DNA from: Patescibacteria group bacterium
GTDB lineage: Bacteria > Patescibacteriota > Patescibacteriia > SG8-24 > DYFX01
DNA: 64,000 bases
NCBI GenBank assembly: GCA_041659045.1
Contig: JBAZZB010000001.1
Coordinates: 582,270 to 646,269 of the forward strand
Direction of reading: 5' to 3'
Positions within the stretch are counted from its first letter, which is position 1; every line of letters starts with the position of its first letter. The notes beneath the pieces were generated by a model, which saw nothing but the letters and a program-made list of their open reading frames with translations, did no database searches and had not been told where the DNA came from. Below, piece by piece: positions 17,613 through 27,554 of this stretch. The translations under genes and the position numbers were made by a program.

Positions 17613-18824
17613 ATGCTTCGTTTGAGTCGTGCACAAGCTATTCCCGCCATCGTTCCCGCAATTCTGCAGCTGCGCAGCGCGATGCCCGCCGATGAGCCCA
17701 TCCGTGTGGCGATCGTCGGCGCATCCGCGTCCGGCAAAGGACACCTGATCCAAGAGCTCGCCCAGCAGCTGCTCGAGATGTCCGAACGCAAGACGGCGGT
17801 CAGCATCCTGACGCTCGACAACTACTACCGCGGACGGAAGGAGATGGCGGCGCGAGGTGTGCCGCACTTCGATCACCCCGATGCGCTCGATCTGAGCCTT
17901 GCTGGTGAACACCTCAAGCAGATGCGCGTCGGAGAACGTATCGACACGCCCTGCTACGACTTTCCGCTTGGCGAACGTGTCGGTACGGAGCCCTTCATCG
18001 CGCGCCCGTTCGTGCTCGTCGACGGCCTCTTCGGTCTCACGGATGAGATCCGTCCGCACATCGACTTCGGCATCTACATCGACACGGACGTGCACAGCGC
18101 CATGCTGCGCCGCCTGTTCCGTGATGCCGGTCCGAAGGGGCGCACCAAGCAGAGCTCGAGCGACGTGCTTGCCCAGTACTTCCGCGAGGTCGTTCCTTCG
18201 ATGCGGCAGTTCATTGCGCCGACGGCGGCGCATGCCGATGTCGTCATCGAATCGCGCTACGACGCGGCAACCGAGGCTGTTCGCACGGGAGCGCTCCAGT
18301 ATCAGTGCAAGGCAAGAGGCCACGTCGACGACGATCATCTTCTTGCACATGCGGGTGCGCGCCGCCTTGGCGCGACCTTCAAGCAGACGGACATCTTCCT
18401 GAAGTCGAAAGATCGCGCAATCGAGAACGAGTTGCTGTGCGTACGCGAAGAGAGAGGTTCGATCTTCCTGACCTACAAAGGCCCGCTCATCACCGGCCTG
18501 CCAGGTATCGCGATCCGCAACGTCACGCAGCCGATCGAGATCGATCATGAGACGCATATGCGCTTGCGCGATGACTACGAGGTCATCTGCGGGTTCTCAA
18601 AGCTTCGGACGTTCTTTCACGCCGGCAACCTGCTCTTGGCCCGCGACTCGATCAATCCGATCGGCAACTTCATCGAAGCACGCGTGTCAGATGAGGCGAG
18701 CGCACCCTTGGCCCATGCCATGCTGAAGAAGCTCGGCTTGCAAGAGCCGTTCATCACGGCGAGCTACTTCGACCTTTGGCAGCAGATCGTGACCGACGGC
18801 CTCAAGCAAAACCACCTCAGCTAG
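17613..18824 (+). CDS. Uridine/cytidine-kinase-like P-loop domain fused to a CYTH domain
   Basis: The N-terminus has VAIVGASASGKGHL (P-loop, PRK/UK family). The C-terminus has a CYTH-like LCVREERGSIFLTYKGP ... GNFIEARV pattern. Confidence 0.6.
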   Translation: MLRLSRAQAIPAIVPAILQLRSAMPADEPIRVAIVGASASGKGHLIQELAQQLLEMSERKTAVSILTLDNYYRGRKEMAARGVPHFDHPDALDLSLAGEHLKQMRVGERIDTPCYDFPLGERVGTEPFIARPFVLVDGLFGLTDEIRPHIDFGIYIDTDVHSAMLRRLFRDAGPKGRTKQSSSDVLAQYFREVVPSMRQFIAPTAAHADVVIESRYDAATEAVRTGALQYQCKARGHVDDDHLLAHAGARRLGATFKQTDIFLKSKDRAIENELLCVREERGSIFLTYKGPLITGLPGIAIRNVTQPIEIDHETHMRLRDDYEVICGFSKLRTFFHAGNLLLARDSINPIGNFIEARVSDEASAPLAHAMLKKLGLQEPFITASYFDLWQQIVTDGLKQNHLS

Positions 18825-18855
18825 GAATCCGTACCGCGCCCACAGAGCGCGGCTT

Positions 18856-20265
18856 TTATTTTCCAGAAACGAGCCAGTCCTTCAAATGCGCCGTGGCGCG
18901 GACGTCGTCTTCGTTGTAATCGGTGATTTTTTGCAAAAGCGCTCGGTCGCCCTTTTCGCACCATTCCTGAAACCACAAGACGGAGTTGGCGCCAGAGGCG
19001 TCCGTGGCACGCCAGCGGAAACCGAGGTGCTTGGCGAGATCTTTCAGCGAATAAAAGTAGAGCGGGAAAATTACCGAGTGCTGAACAACGCGATTCAGAT
19101 CGATCATATTGGCTCGGTCGAGCGCCTGTGCTGCCTTGTGCGAGATGCCGTGTTTAGCGCTGAGACGCTTGATGGCATCAAGTTCATACCAGCCATAGTG
19201 ATAAATCGGCGCGCCCACGTATCCTTCCATGAAATCGCAAAACGCGAGCCACGCCTTGCCTTCATCTTCCGGTTTTTCAGCAGTAAAAACCTCATACCGA
19301 TCAACGCCATTCTCACGCACGAGAAGACCGTGCATGTATTCAACGCCGATCATCGGATCGCCTTCGATATCGAAGAAGAGCTCCGTCGCCACTGGCGGCA
19401 AGCCCGACTCTTCGATGCGCACGATCTTTTTTTCATGCAACGACTGTGCCTGAAGATGCAGCCGCGCGATCCGATGGTCGGAAATTCCCGTGACGGTGTC
19501 CTGCACCGTTTCAAGATCCGCTTCGGCAAAACGCGTCAGTGTCGTGTACCCAGCATCGCGCAAGCGGCGATATTCGCTCTTGTAGATTTTGTAGATCAGC
19601 CCGATATCGTCGTGCTCCTCCGCTTCATGTTTGCACTCGTTGTACCACGGAGAATCTTTGCAAGAGGAAGTAAACAGCGCTTCCGGTTTTTCGCCGGCGC
19701 GAATCGCGATAATTTTATCGAGCGCATCAAAAAAAGCGCTCTCAGCTTCTTCAATCGGAAACGAAAGCCACTCGCGATCGACGTTGATAATCTTCCCCTC
19801 TTCCGGTTTCACGCCTTGAATCTTCTTCAAGAGCAGCGCGTAGAACGTCATTTGCAACTGATGCACGTCACTGAGCTGCCGTGACGATTTAATGTCGACG
19901 GCTTCGTACATCCAAGAACCGAGACTCGAGGCACCGTCGATGCGAACGAGTAAGTCCGGACGACCGACCCATTCCCCTTCCTTGAGTGTGCCCTGGTAGA
20001 TCGTCGGCACGCCGCGTTCCATAAGAGCGAGCGTTGTCGCAAAAAGTTCGTCCGCGTCGCCCTCGCTCGGTACCTCCTCAAACTCGCCGAGGCTTTCGAT
20101 GACCTGCTTCTCATGCAAAACCCCGTCTTCTCGAAGACGTTGGAGCATGGCTGGCACTTCACCTTTCTTCGCCTGATCGCCAAAAAGATCCCAGTACAGC
20201 CAATTAGGGCATTTCGCGTGCTTATAGAACGCGTCGGGTGTCAGGTGCGGGAGTGAGCGGGACAT
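18856..20265 (-). CDS. TM0106-family RecB-like nuclease (PD-(D/E)xK N-domain plus RNase-H-like C-domain)
   Basis: N-terminal CPNWLYWDLF...VDIKSS (Cas4/RecB-like). The C-terminus has an exonuclease-like fold; 469 aa. Confidence 0.65.
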   Translation of the reverse strand: MSRSLPHLTPDAFYKHAKCPNWLYWDLFGDQAKKGEVPAMLQRLREDGVLHEKQVIESLGEFEEVPSEGDADELFATTLALMERGVPTIYQGTLKEGEWVGRPDLLVRIDGASSLGSWMYEAVDIKSSRQLSDVHQLQMTFYALLLKKIQGVKPEEGKIINVDREWLSFPIEEAESAFFDALDKIIAIRAGEKPEALFTSSCKDSPWYNECKHEAEEHDDIGLIYKIYKSEYRRLRDAGYTTLTRFAEADLETVQDTVTGISDHRIARLHLQAQSLHEKKIVRIEESGLPPVATELFFDIEGDPMIGVEYMHGLLVRENGVDRYEVFTAEKPEDEGKAWLAFCDFMEGYVGAPIYHYGWYELDAIKRLSAKHGISHKAAQALDRANMIDLNRVVQHSVIFPLYFYSLKDLAKHLGFRWRATDASGANSVLWFQEWCEKGDRALLQKITDYNEDDVRATAHLKDWLVSGK

Positions 20266-20334
20266 ATGACGACACTTTAGCAGGAAGGCGGCAGAACAAA
20301 AACCGCCCCGGATTTACCGGAGCGGCACGCTTCC

Positions 20335-21009
20335 TTACTTCGATTTCGCTTCGACAATCACGCTCGTCATGACGTCGCCGACCTTGATCGCGTCAACCGC
20401 ATCCATGCCTTTGGTGACTTTTCCGAACACGGTGTAGGCGGGCGGGAGCGGTGTGTCAGCCAGCATGATGAAGAATTGGCTGCCGTTGGTGTCGGGACCG
20501 GCGTTGGCCATTGCGACGATGCCCCGATCGTACGCGCGCTTCACCGGTTCGTCTTCGAAACGATATCCCGGACCACCCGTGCCGTTGCCGCTCGGGTCTC
20601 CACCTTGAATAACGAATCCTTCGACGCGGCGATGGAACGTAAGGTTGTCGTAGTAACCGCCTTTGGTGAGATAGACGAAGTTCGAAACAGCCTTCGGCGC
20701 TTCTTCTTCAAACAGTTCAAAAACGATCTCTCCCTTGCTCGTCTGCATGCGAATCTGACGATCTTTGATTTGGTTCTCCGGCAGAACGCCGGGGAAGCTC
20801 CAGGTTTTTTCCATGGCTGTGGGTTTAGGTGTTGGATTCGGAGTCGGAGTCGCCGGCGTAGGCGTCGGAGCCTGTGCTGGCGCGGACGGAACGGTAAGCG
20901 GTGCGGCCGAGGGCGGACGTGACGCGGACGGAACTGGTGTGGATGAAGCGCAACCGGCGCCGATCAAGACGAGCGCGGCTGCGGGTAAAACAGCGCGAGA
21001 GAATTTCAT
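20335..21009 (-). CDS. Cyclophilin-type peptidyl-prolyl isomerase, lipoprotein
   Basis: Lipobox LIGAGCASS, a P/A/T-rich linker, then FHRRVEGFVIQGGDPSGNGTGGPGY (cyclophilin signature). Confidence 0.9.
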   Translation of the reverse strand: MKFSRAVLPAAALVLIGAGCASSTPVPSASRPPSAAPLTVPSAPAQAPTPTPATPTPNPTPKPTAMEKTWSFPGVLPENQIKDRQIRMQTSKGEIVFELFEEEAPKAVSNFVYLTKGGYYDNLTFHRRVEGFVIQGGDPSGNGTGGPGYRFEDEPVKRAYDRGIVAMANAGPDTNGSQFFIMLADTPLPPAYTVFGKVTKGMDAVDAIKVGDVMTSVIVEAKSK

Positions 21010-21015
21010 AGACGG

Positions 21016-22086
21016 CTATGATACCAAAGAAAGAATCTTTTCGGCTAGAGCTTCACGTGCGTGCGGTTGAAAGAGCGCGTGGAGCGAAGTGCCAAGACGC
21101 CTCGCGGCGTCAGGATGCCTCTGCAAATCGCGCACGGCCGTAACGAGCGCTTCCGGCGAGAGATCGCGTTCACGGAACATCCGAGCGCCTCCACGCTCGA
21201 CAACCAATTCCGCGTTCTTCTCTTGGTGTGAATCCGCGATCGGCACGAGCACGACCGCTTTCTCGAGCGCCGCGAGTTCCGTCAGCGTTCCTAGTCCCGC
21301 GCGACAGATGACGATGTCAGCAGCCGCGAGCACGTGTGCCATATCCGCGCCGAGAAACTCCATCTGATGATATCGCTCGGGATGTTCAAGCTTGGGTATC
21401 GTCAGCGTTTTTTCAAGACCGGTGAGATGCCCGACATCAGCAAAGCCGGTGAGATGCAGCAGCGCTTCGCTCAGTTTCTGATTCAGGAAAACGGAACCCG
21501 TACCACCGCCGAGCGCGAGCACAACAGGACGCTCTCCTGTGAAACCCAGCGTACGAAGCCCACGCCCGCGATCCCCTTCTTCAATGACGCGCCGAACAGG
21601 GTTGCCAATCAACGTTGTTTTCTTTTTCGAAAAATCTTTTAAGGAAACATCGAACGTCGTCGTAATCGCTTCGGCAAACGGGGCAAGCAACTTGTTGCTG
21701 AGCGAGACGACGACATCTTGCTGATGCACCAGCACCTTCACGCCACGAAGTTTCGCCACGATCCCGAGTGGCACTTGAACATAGCCACCGGCACCGACGA
21801 CGAGCTTGGGGTTCTCAGCTGCAAGCAAACGATCGGCATTCCACAACGCTTTCAGGAAATGAAACGGGGCAAGCAACGTGCGCGCATCGAAATATCGGCG
21901 CAGCTTCGGCGCATCAAGCGCGAGGAATCGAATATCGGATTCTTCGACGAGTCGGCGTTCCGGGCCCATCGACGTGCCTACAAAAACACACTCGACATCG
22001 GGTCGAAGGCGTTTGAGTTCGTCGATGACTGCCAAGAGCGGGGTTACGGGACCGAGTGTCCCACCTCCGGCGAAGAGAATCTTCAT
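21016..22086 (-). CDS. murG: UDP-GlcNAc:undecaprenyl-PP-MurNAc-pentapeptide GlcNAc transferase
   Basis: MKILFAGGGTLGPVTPLLAV... The start is 1 nt after the ftsW stop (M7 of the listed ORF). Confidence 0.9.
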   Translation of the reverse strand: MKILFAGGGTLGPVTPLLAVIDELKRLRPDVECVFVGTSMGPERRLVEESDIRFLALDAPKLRRYFDARTLLAPFHFLKALWNADRLLAAENPKLVVGAGGYVQVPLGIVAKLRGVKVLVHQQDVVVSLSNKLLAPFAEAITTTFDVSLKDFSKKKTTLIGNPVRRVIEEGDRGRGLRTLGFTGERPVVLALGGGTGSVFLNQKLSEALLHLTGFADVGHLTGLEKTLTIPKLEHPERYHQMEFLGADMAHVLAAADIVICRAGLGTLTELAALEKAVVLVPIADSHQEKNAELVVERGGARMFRERDLSPEALVTAVRDLQRHPDAARRLGTSLHALFQPHAREALAEKILSLVS

Positions 22087-22087
22087 A

Positions 22088-23197
22088 TCAGTGTGTGCGA
22101 ACAACCTTACTCTCTCTCGAAATCGCCGCCAAGATACCGATCGCCATGAGGTTCGCGAGCATGGCCGAACCGCCGTGGCTGATAAACGGCAGCGGCACGC
22201 CGGTCAGCGGCATGAGGCCGACCATAGCGGAAATGTTCAGTACGGCCTGGAATCCGATCCAAACACTGATACCGATCGCAGCAGCGCGCGCGAACGGGTC
22301 TGTCGAGCGCTCGGCAATTTTGAGCCCGTAACGCACAAGCAAGATGAAGGCGAGAATGACCGCCGCTGAAGCCAGGAAGCCGAGCTCTTCTGAAATCACG
22401 GCGAAAATCGAGTCGCCGGCGACTTCCGGCAAGTATTGGAATTTTTGGCGAGACTTGCCGAGCCCGAGCCCGAACCAACCGCCAGAGCCGATCGCGAGAC
22501 GCGCTTGGTTGATGTGATAGCCGACGCCCTGCGGGTCGAGGTCGGGACGCAGGAAAATTTCGAGGCGCGCCACGCGATACGGCGCGATCTTGATGAAGAT
22601 AAGGAACATCGCGAACCCTGCTGCAAAGAGCGCGCCAAGATGCTTGAGCGAAGCGCCGGCAGCGATATACATCGCGAAAAGAAACGCGACGATAACAGAC
22701 GTTGTGCCGAGGTCAGACTGCAGCATCATGAGTGCGATCACGAGCGCGATTGAAATCGTAAACGGCAGAAACCCTGTCCAGAACCCTTTAATAGATTCTT
22801 CATCACGCCGCGCGAACCACCAGGCGAAATACAAAATAAGACACAGCTTGGCAAGCTCCGACGGCTGCAGCGACGCGCCAAACAAATTGATCCAAGAACC
22901 CGAACCGTACTCGGCGCGAAGCCCGGGAATAAAACCGAGACACAACAGAATCGCCGCCGCCGGCAACATGAGCGGCGCGATCGATTTCAATCGTTCGACC
23001 GTGAGCCGCATACAAGCAAGCAAGAGCACGAGACCGGGCAGTACTCCAAAAAATAACTGGCGCTTGAAGAAGTAATAACTGTCCCCAAACTTCTGGAACC
23101 CCGTCGGCCCCGTAGCGGACGTCAGCATCACCAAACCGAACACGAGAAGCCCGGCGACGACGGCGAGCAGCGCGTAATCAGGTGGGTGGCGTCGCAT
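22088..23197 (-). CDS. ftsW: SEDS-family peptidoglycan polymerase (FtsW-like, by position in the dcw cluster)
   Basis: Ten-TM FtsW/RodA family sequence sitting between mraY and murG. Confidence 0.8.
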   Translation of the reverse strand: MRRHPPDYALLAVVAGLLVFGLVMLTSATGPTGFQKFGDSYYFFKRQLFFGVLPGLVLLLACMRLTVERLKSIAPLMLPAAAILLCLGFIPGLRAEYGSGSWINLFGASLQPSELAKLCLILYFAWWFARRDEESIKGFWTGFLPFTISIALVIALMMLQSDLGTTSVIVAFLFAMYIAAGASLKHLGALFAAGFAMFLIFIKIAPYRVARLEIFLRPDLDPQGVGYHINQARLAIGSGGWFGLGLGKSRQKFQYLPEVAGDSIFAVISEELGFLASAAVILAFILLVRYGLKIAERSTDPFARAAAIGISVWIGFQAVLNISAMVGLMPLTGVPLPFISHGGSAMLANLMAIGILAAISRESKVVRTH

Positions 23198-23206
23198 ACC
23201 GCAGCG

Positions 23207-24241
23207 TCAGCGATCCAATAAGGAAATGATAAGCCCCAAGACGCCCGACACGGCGGCAACCACCCAAAAACGCATAACGATCGTGGCCTCCGGCCAGCCC
23301 TTCGCTTCAAAATGATGATGAATCGGCGCGGACAGGAACACTTTCTTCTTACGAATTTTTTTCGAAACCACCTGGATGATCACCGAAAGTGATTCAAGCA
23401 CGAATACCAAACCGATGATCGGCAAAAGCAGCAAGCTGTTCGTCAGCATAGCGACGATACCAAGCGTCACGCCGAGCGACATAGCACCCGTATCCCCCAT
23501 GAAGAAGCGCGCGGGGTTGATGTTGAACCAGAGGAATGCAAGAAGCGCGCCGACGATCGCGGCGCAGAACGTCGCGAGCTCGTGCTTGTCTTGGAGAAAC
23601 GCGATCGCGCCATAGGCAGCAAACGCAGTAAGGAGCGTGCCAGCGGCAAGACCATCGAGGCCATCGGTTTCGTTCACTGAAAACGCGGTGGCGATGATGA
23701 TGAAAATGAAAAGCGGAATCATCCACGGGCCAACTTCGACGATTCCGACGAACGGCACGCGCAGCACGTCCCATTCGAGCTTGAAGTAGAACCACCAGGC
23801 CGCGACGACGGCGATCACGGAATACGAAACGAGACGGTGCCACACTTTGAGACCACCTCCGTCGGCGCCAATCTTGCGCACGTTCAAATAATCATCAACC
23901 AACCCAACGATCGCCGCGAAAAAGAGTGCGGCTAACGGCAGGAGCGTCTCGCGACGCGAGATGAAGTTGAGTGAGATCCACGGCTCGGTGCGCAGGATGT
24001 TGGCCGTGAGCGATAGAACGAACGCCAGCGCCAGCACCGCTCCCCATATAAGGATGCCGCCCATGGTCGGCGTGCCGCTCTTGGCGGCATGGAGCTTTGA
24101 GAAGATCGGCGCGGAAGCTTCGCTACGAATCTGTTTCCCAAGTTTGAGCAGTTTCAAAAGTTTCGTGACGGCCGGCGTTGCGAACATCGCGACCGAGAAG
24201 GCCGCCGCCGAAACAACAAGAATCGAAATTGCGGAGTTCAT
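23207..24241 (-). CDS. mraY: Phospho-N-acetylmuramoyl-pentapeptide transferase
   Basis: MraY family polytopic protein with the DD and NxxNxxDGxDGL motifs (VNETDGLDGLA). Confidence 0.9.
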   Translation of the reverse strand: MNSAISILVVSAAAFSVAMFATPAVTKLLKLLKLGKQIRSEASAPIFSKLHAAKSGTPTMGGILIWGAVLALAFVLSLTANILRTEPWISLNFISRRETLLPLAALFFAAIVGLVDDYLNVRKIGADGGGLKVWHRLVSYSVIAVVAAWWFYFKLEWDVLRVPFVGIVEVGPWMIPLFIFIIIATAFSVNETDGLDGLAAGTLLTAFAAYGAIAFLQDKHELATFCAAIVGALLAFLWFNINPARFFMGDTGAMSLGVTLGIVAMLTNSLLLLPIIGLVFVLESLSVIIQVVSKKIRKKKVFLSAPIHHHFEAKGWPEATIVMRFWVVAAVSGVLGLIISLLDR

Positions 24242-24242
24242 G

Positions 24243-24620
24243 TCAGAGGTTCAAGAGAATCGAAAGGAAGGTCAGCACAAGGATCAATCCCTCTAGAAGA
24301 AGCGTCAGGGCCATGAAAAACGCGGCGGCCAAACGTTCTGTGCGGTACAAACGGAACGTGATCGCAAGGTTTGCTGCAAACAGCGCGAGACCGAGAAGCG
24401 GCGTGCGCAGGAGCCCCCAAGGCGGACCGATGCGGTCGACGCCGAAGTACACAGAATAGTGTAAGGCGAAGAACGGACTCGTCGCCAAGCGCGGCACGAC
24501 GAACCAAAGCGCAATCCCCCAGGCCAAGAGATTCAGCCCTAGAGACAACAACAGCGCGAAGCGGACGAACCGTGCCTCGCGCGCGTGCAGACGATAGCGT
24601 TCGAACAATCCGACGAACAT
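24243..24620 (-). CDS. Hypothetical membrane protein (125 aa)
   Basis: Four hydrophobic helices; immediately upstream of mraY. Confidence 0.45.
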   Translation of the reverse strand: MFVGLFERYRLHAREARFVRFALLLSLGLNLLAWGIALWFVVPRLATSPFFALHYSVYFGVDRIGPPWGLLRTPLLGLALFAANLAITFRLYRTERLAAAFFMALTLLLEGLILVLTFLSILLNL

Positions 24621-24662
24621 ACTGATGTAAAGCGTACCCGAAATGCGCTATACTATCAAGGT

Positions 24663-26384
24663 ATGTATAGCGACGCCTTGCTGCAGAAAATCCTAACGAC
24701 CTCGAGCGCCCTGAAACCGCAGGAGATTAAAGATCTTGTCGCGGCGGCCAAAGAGAAACACGTACGTCTTGAAGAGACGCTGCTCGCGAAGATGCCGGAA
24801 GAAACGCTCTATCGCGTCATTGCGGAATATTTCAAAGTACCGTTCGTCGACTTGAAAGGCGTTCAGGTACGCAAAGACTTTCTCGACCTGGTTCCGGAAC
24901 CCATCGCTACGACGCACGACATCGTCCCCTTCGATAAGGGCGAATCCCTTTTAAAAGTCGCGGCGCTCGACCCAGAAGACTTGCAGACGATTGAATTCTT
25001 GAAGCACAAGACTGGTTTAGAAGTGCAGGTGCACGTTACGACCCCGTTTGCGCTGCGAGAAATCATCAAACAGTACAAACGCTCGCTCAAAGCCGAGTTT
25101 GAAGACATTGCCAAGGTCACAACAACAGGCGAAGAAACCGATCAGCAGAAACTTCGCGAACTCGCCCAAGACCTACCGGTGGTTCGCATCGTTGAATCAC
25201 TGCTCGAACACGCCGTGTTTGAAGGCGCCTCGGATATCCACATCGAACCGACGGAGCAGGATCTCGCCGTGCGCTATCGCGTCGACGGTATTTTGCGCAA
25301 TGTCATGACGCTGCCAAAAAACGCTCAAGCTGGCATTCTGGCGCGTATCAAGGTGCTTTCGAACCTCAAACTCGACGAGCATCGCCTGCCGCAGGATGGC
25401 CGTATGAAAATCAGCGGCGCGGGTTACAAATATTCCGTTCGTGTTTCGACGCTACCTGTCATGGACGGCGAAAAAGTCGTCATGCGTCTCCTTTCGGAAA
25501 CAGCACAGGCGCTCACGCTCGAACAGCTCGGTTTTGCCGATAAACACCTCGACGCCGTAAAGCGCAACATCGCCAAACCACACGGCATCATTTTCGTAAC
25601 CGGCCCGACCGGTTCAGGAAAAACAACGACGCTCTATTCGATCTTGTCGCTGCGCAACACGCCAGGCGTCAACATTTCGACAATCGAGGACCCGGTCGAA
25701 TACCGCATGAACGGCGTCAATCAATCGCAAGTCAACCCGAAAATCGGTTTTACCTTCGCGATCGGCTTGCGTACACTTCTGCGTCAGGACCCGAACATCA
25801 TCATGGTCGGCGAAATCCGCGACGGCGAAACCGCCGAAATTGCCACCAACGCCGCCATGACCGGTCACTTGGTGTTCGCCACCCTTCACACCAACGACTC
25901 CGTCACCTCGCTCCCCCGCCTCGTCGACATGGGCGTGCCGCGTTTCCTTGTTGCCTTCACCTGCAACATGATCATCGCGCAACGTCTCGTGCGTAAAGTC
26001 TGCAAGGAATGCAAACAGCCGTACAAGCTTTCGAAAACACAGCTCAAGGAAATCTCTGAGCTCTACGATATTCCGACGGTTACCGCCGCAATGCAGCGCG
26101 ACGGCTTCCTTCAAAAGGGAGAAACACTCGACAAAGTCGATTTCTATCGCGGCGCTGGTTGCAAGCAGTGCAACGACGAAGGCTATAAGGGTCGCGTCGG
26201 CATCTATGAAGTACTTGAAGTCAGCAAAACGCTCCAGGACCTGATCAGCAAAAACGGCTCGAACGCCGAAATTATCGCCGCTGCTGACAAGGAAGGCATG
26301 ATCGGCATTGTTGAAGACGGCTTCACCAAAGCCATCAAAGGCGTAACGTCGCTCGAAGAAATCATGCGCGTGACCAAGGAATAA
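24663..26384 (+). CDS. pilB: Type IV pilus assembly ATPase PilB (GspE family)
   Basis: Walker A motif GPTGSGKTTTLYS, a C-terminal tetracysteine CKECK...CKQCN, and an N-terminal T2SSE_N-like domain. ATG at M27 with a TATACT -10 element upstream. Confidence 0.9.
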   Translation: MYSDALLQKILTTSSALKPQEIKDLVAAAKEKHVRLEETLLAKMPEETLYRVIAEYFKVPFVDLKGVQVRKDFLDLVPEPIATTHDIVPFDKGESLLKVAALDPEDLQTIEFLKHKTGLEVQVHVTTPFALREIIKQYKRSLKAEFEDIAKVTTTGEETDQQKLRELAQDLPVVRIVESLLEHAVFEGASDIHIEPTEQDLAVRYRVDGILRNVMTLPKNAQAGILARIKVLSNLKLDEHRLPQDGRMKISGAGYKYSVRVSTLPVMDGEKVVMRLLSETAQALTLEQLGFADKHLDAVKRNIAKPHGIIFVTGPTGSGKTTTLYSILSLRNTPGVNISTIEDPVEYRMNGVNQSQVNPKIGFTFAIGLRTLLRQDPNIIMVGEIRDGETAEIATNAAMTGHLVFATLHTNDSVTSLPRLVDMGVPRFLVAFTCNMIIAQRLVRKVCKECKQPYKLSKTQLKEISELYDIPTVTAAMQRDGFLQKGETLDKVDFYRGAGCKQCNDEGYKGRVGIYEVLEVSKTLQDLISKNGSNAEIIAAADKEGMIGIVEDGFTKAIKGVTSLEEIMRVTKE

Positions 26385-26385
26385 C

Positions 26386-27483
26386 ATGGCTGACACTGTC
26401 GCGACATTTTCGATCGAGGGGCTGCGCCGCCGCTTCTTGCGGGTCAAGCTTCCGCAAAAGATTTTCTTCACCGAAAACCTGCGCGTGATGATTAAGGCCG
26501 GCTTGTCGCTGACCGAAGCGCTCCATACACTCGCACTCCAAACCGAAGATAAAGGCTTCCGCTTCGTCATTACGGAGCTGAATTCCGACGTCGAACAAGG
26601 CAAGAGCCTTTCCCAAGCCCTTGGGCGCTTTACCAACGTTTTCGAGCCGATCTTCATCAACATGATCGCTGCCGGTGAAATCTCCGGCACGCTCGAAAAA
26701 ACGCTCGAACAGTTGACGATGCAGATGCGCAAAGACTACGAGCTCGTCTCGAAAGTCAAAAGCGCGATGACCTACCCGATCGTCGTCTTGAGCGCCACGA
26801 TGCTGATCGGTCTCGGCATGATGATCTTCGTCGTGCCGCAAATTCTTTCGATCTTCAACGAGATGGGCGACGTGGAACTACCACTGCCAACTCGCATGCT
26901 TATCGCCGCGACAGATATTTTGAAAAACGACTGGCCGTTCCTGATCATTGGCGCGATCGCACTGGCCAGCGCGTTCTCTTGGGCGGTTAAGCGCCCGCTC
27001 GGCAAGCGCATCTGGCACCGCATCCTCTTGGGCATGCCGATCATCGGGCCCATCATTCAAAAGATCAACCTCGCCCGCTTCACCCGTACCCTTTCGGCAC
27101 TGCTTCGTACCGACATTCCGATCGTACAAGGGCTGACGATCACGTCGGACATCGTCCGCAACGTCTATTATCGAGACGCTTGTCTCGCAATGGCCGAAGC
27201 CGTCAAGAAAGGTGAAACGATTTCCCACGTTCTCGAACTTTCACCAAAACTTTTTCCCCCGCTCGTCATTCAAATGACGGCCGTCGGAGAGCGCGCCGGT
27301 ACGGTCGACCAGATGCTTGAAGAAATCGCGGAGTTTTTCGAAAAGCAGGTCGACGGCATCATGGGTAGTCTTTCTTCGATTATCGAACCGGTTCTCATCA
27401 TCTTCCTCGGCGGCGCCGTCGGCGGCATCGCGCTCGCCATCATCACGCCAATCTACGCGCTCACTTCACAGTTCGGACAATAG
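26386..27483 (+). CDS. pilC: Type IV pilus platform protein PilC (GspF family)
   Basis: Two GspF repeats and 3 TM helices. Starts 1 nt after the pilB stop. Confidence 0.9.
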   Translation: MADTVATFSIEGLRRRFLRVKLPQKIFFTENLRVMIKAGLSLTEALHTLALQTEDKGFRFVITELNSDVEQGKSLSQALGRFTNVFEPIFINMIAAGEISGTLEKTLEQLTMQMRKDYELVSKVKSAMTYPIVVLSATMLIGLGMMIFVVPQILSIFNEMGDVELPLPTRMLIAATDILKNDWPFLIIGAIALASAFSWAVKRPLGKRIWHRILLGMPIIGPIIQKINLARFTRTLSALLRTDIPIVQGLTITSDIVRNVYYRDACLAMAEAVKKGETISHVLELSPKLFPPLVIQMTAVGERAGTVDQMLEEIAEFFEKQVDGIMGSLSSIIEPVLIIFLGGAVGGIALAIITPIYALTSQFGQ

Positions 27484-27554
27484 CTTGCCGTGCGCCGGGC
27501 GCGCATGGCGCTGTGGAGCGTTTTTCCGGTATACTGGTGACAACTGGAGGAACC

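Noticed and set aside
17610-18557. 315-aa minus-strand ORF
   Set aside because: It is antisense to the uridine-kinase-CYTH gene, with no motifs and high-GC antisense composition.
25614-26732. 372-aa minus-strand ORF
   Set aside because: It is antisense to pilB and pilC, which are unambiguous.
27513-27554. GTG start of pilM used by the ORF track
   Set aside because: An in-frame ATG at 27555 has GGAGGA immediately upstream and gives a canonical PilM N-terminus, so the 14-codon extension is unlikely.
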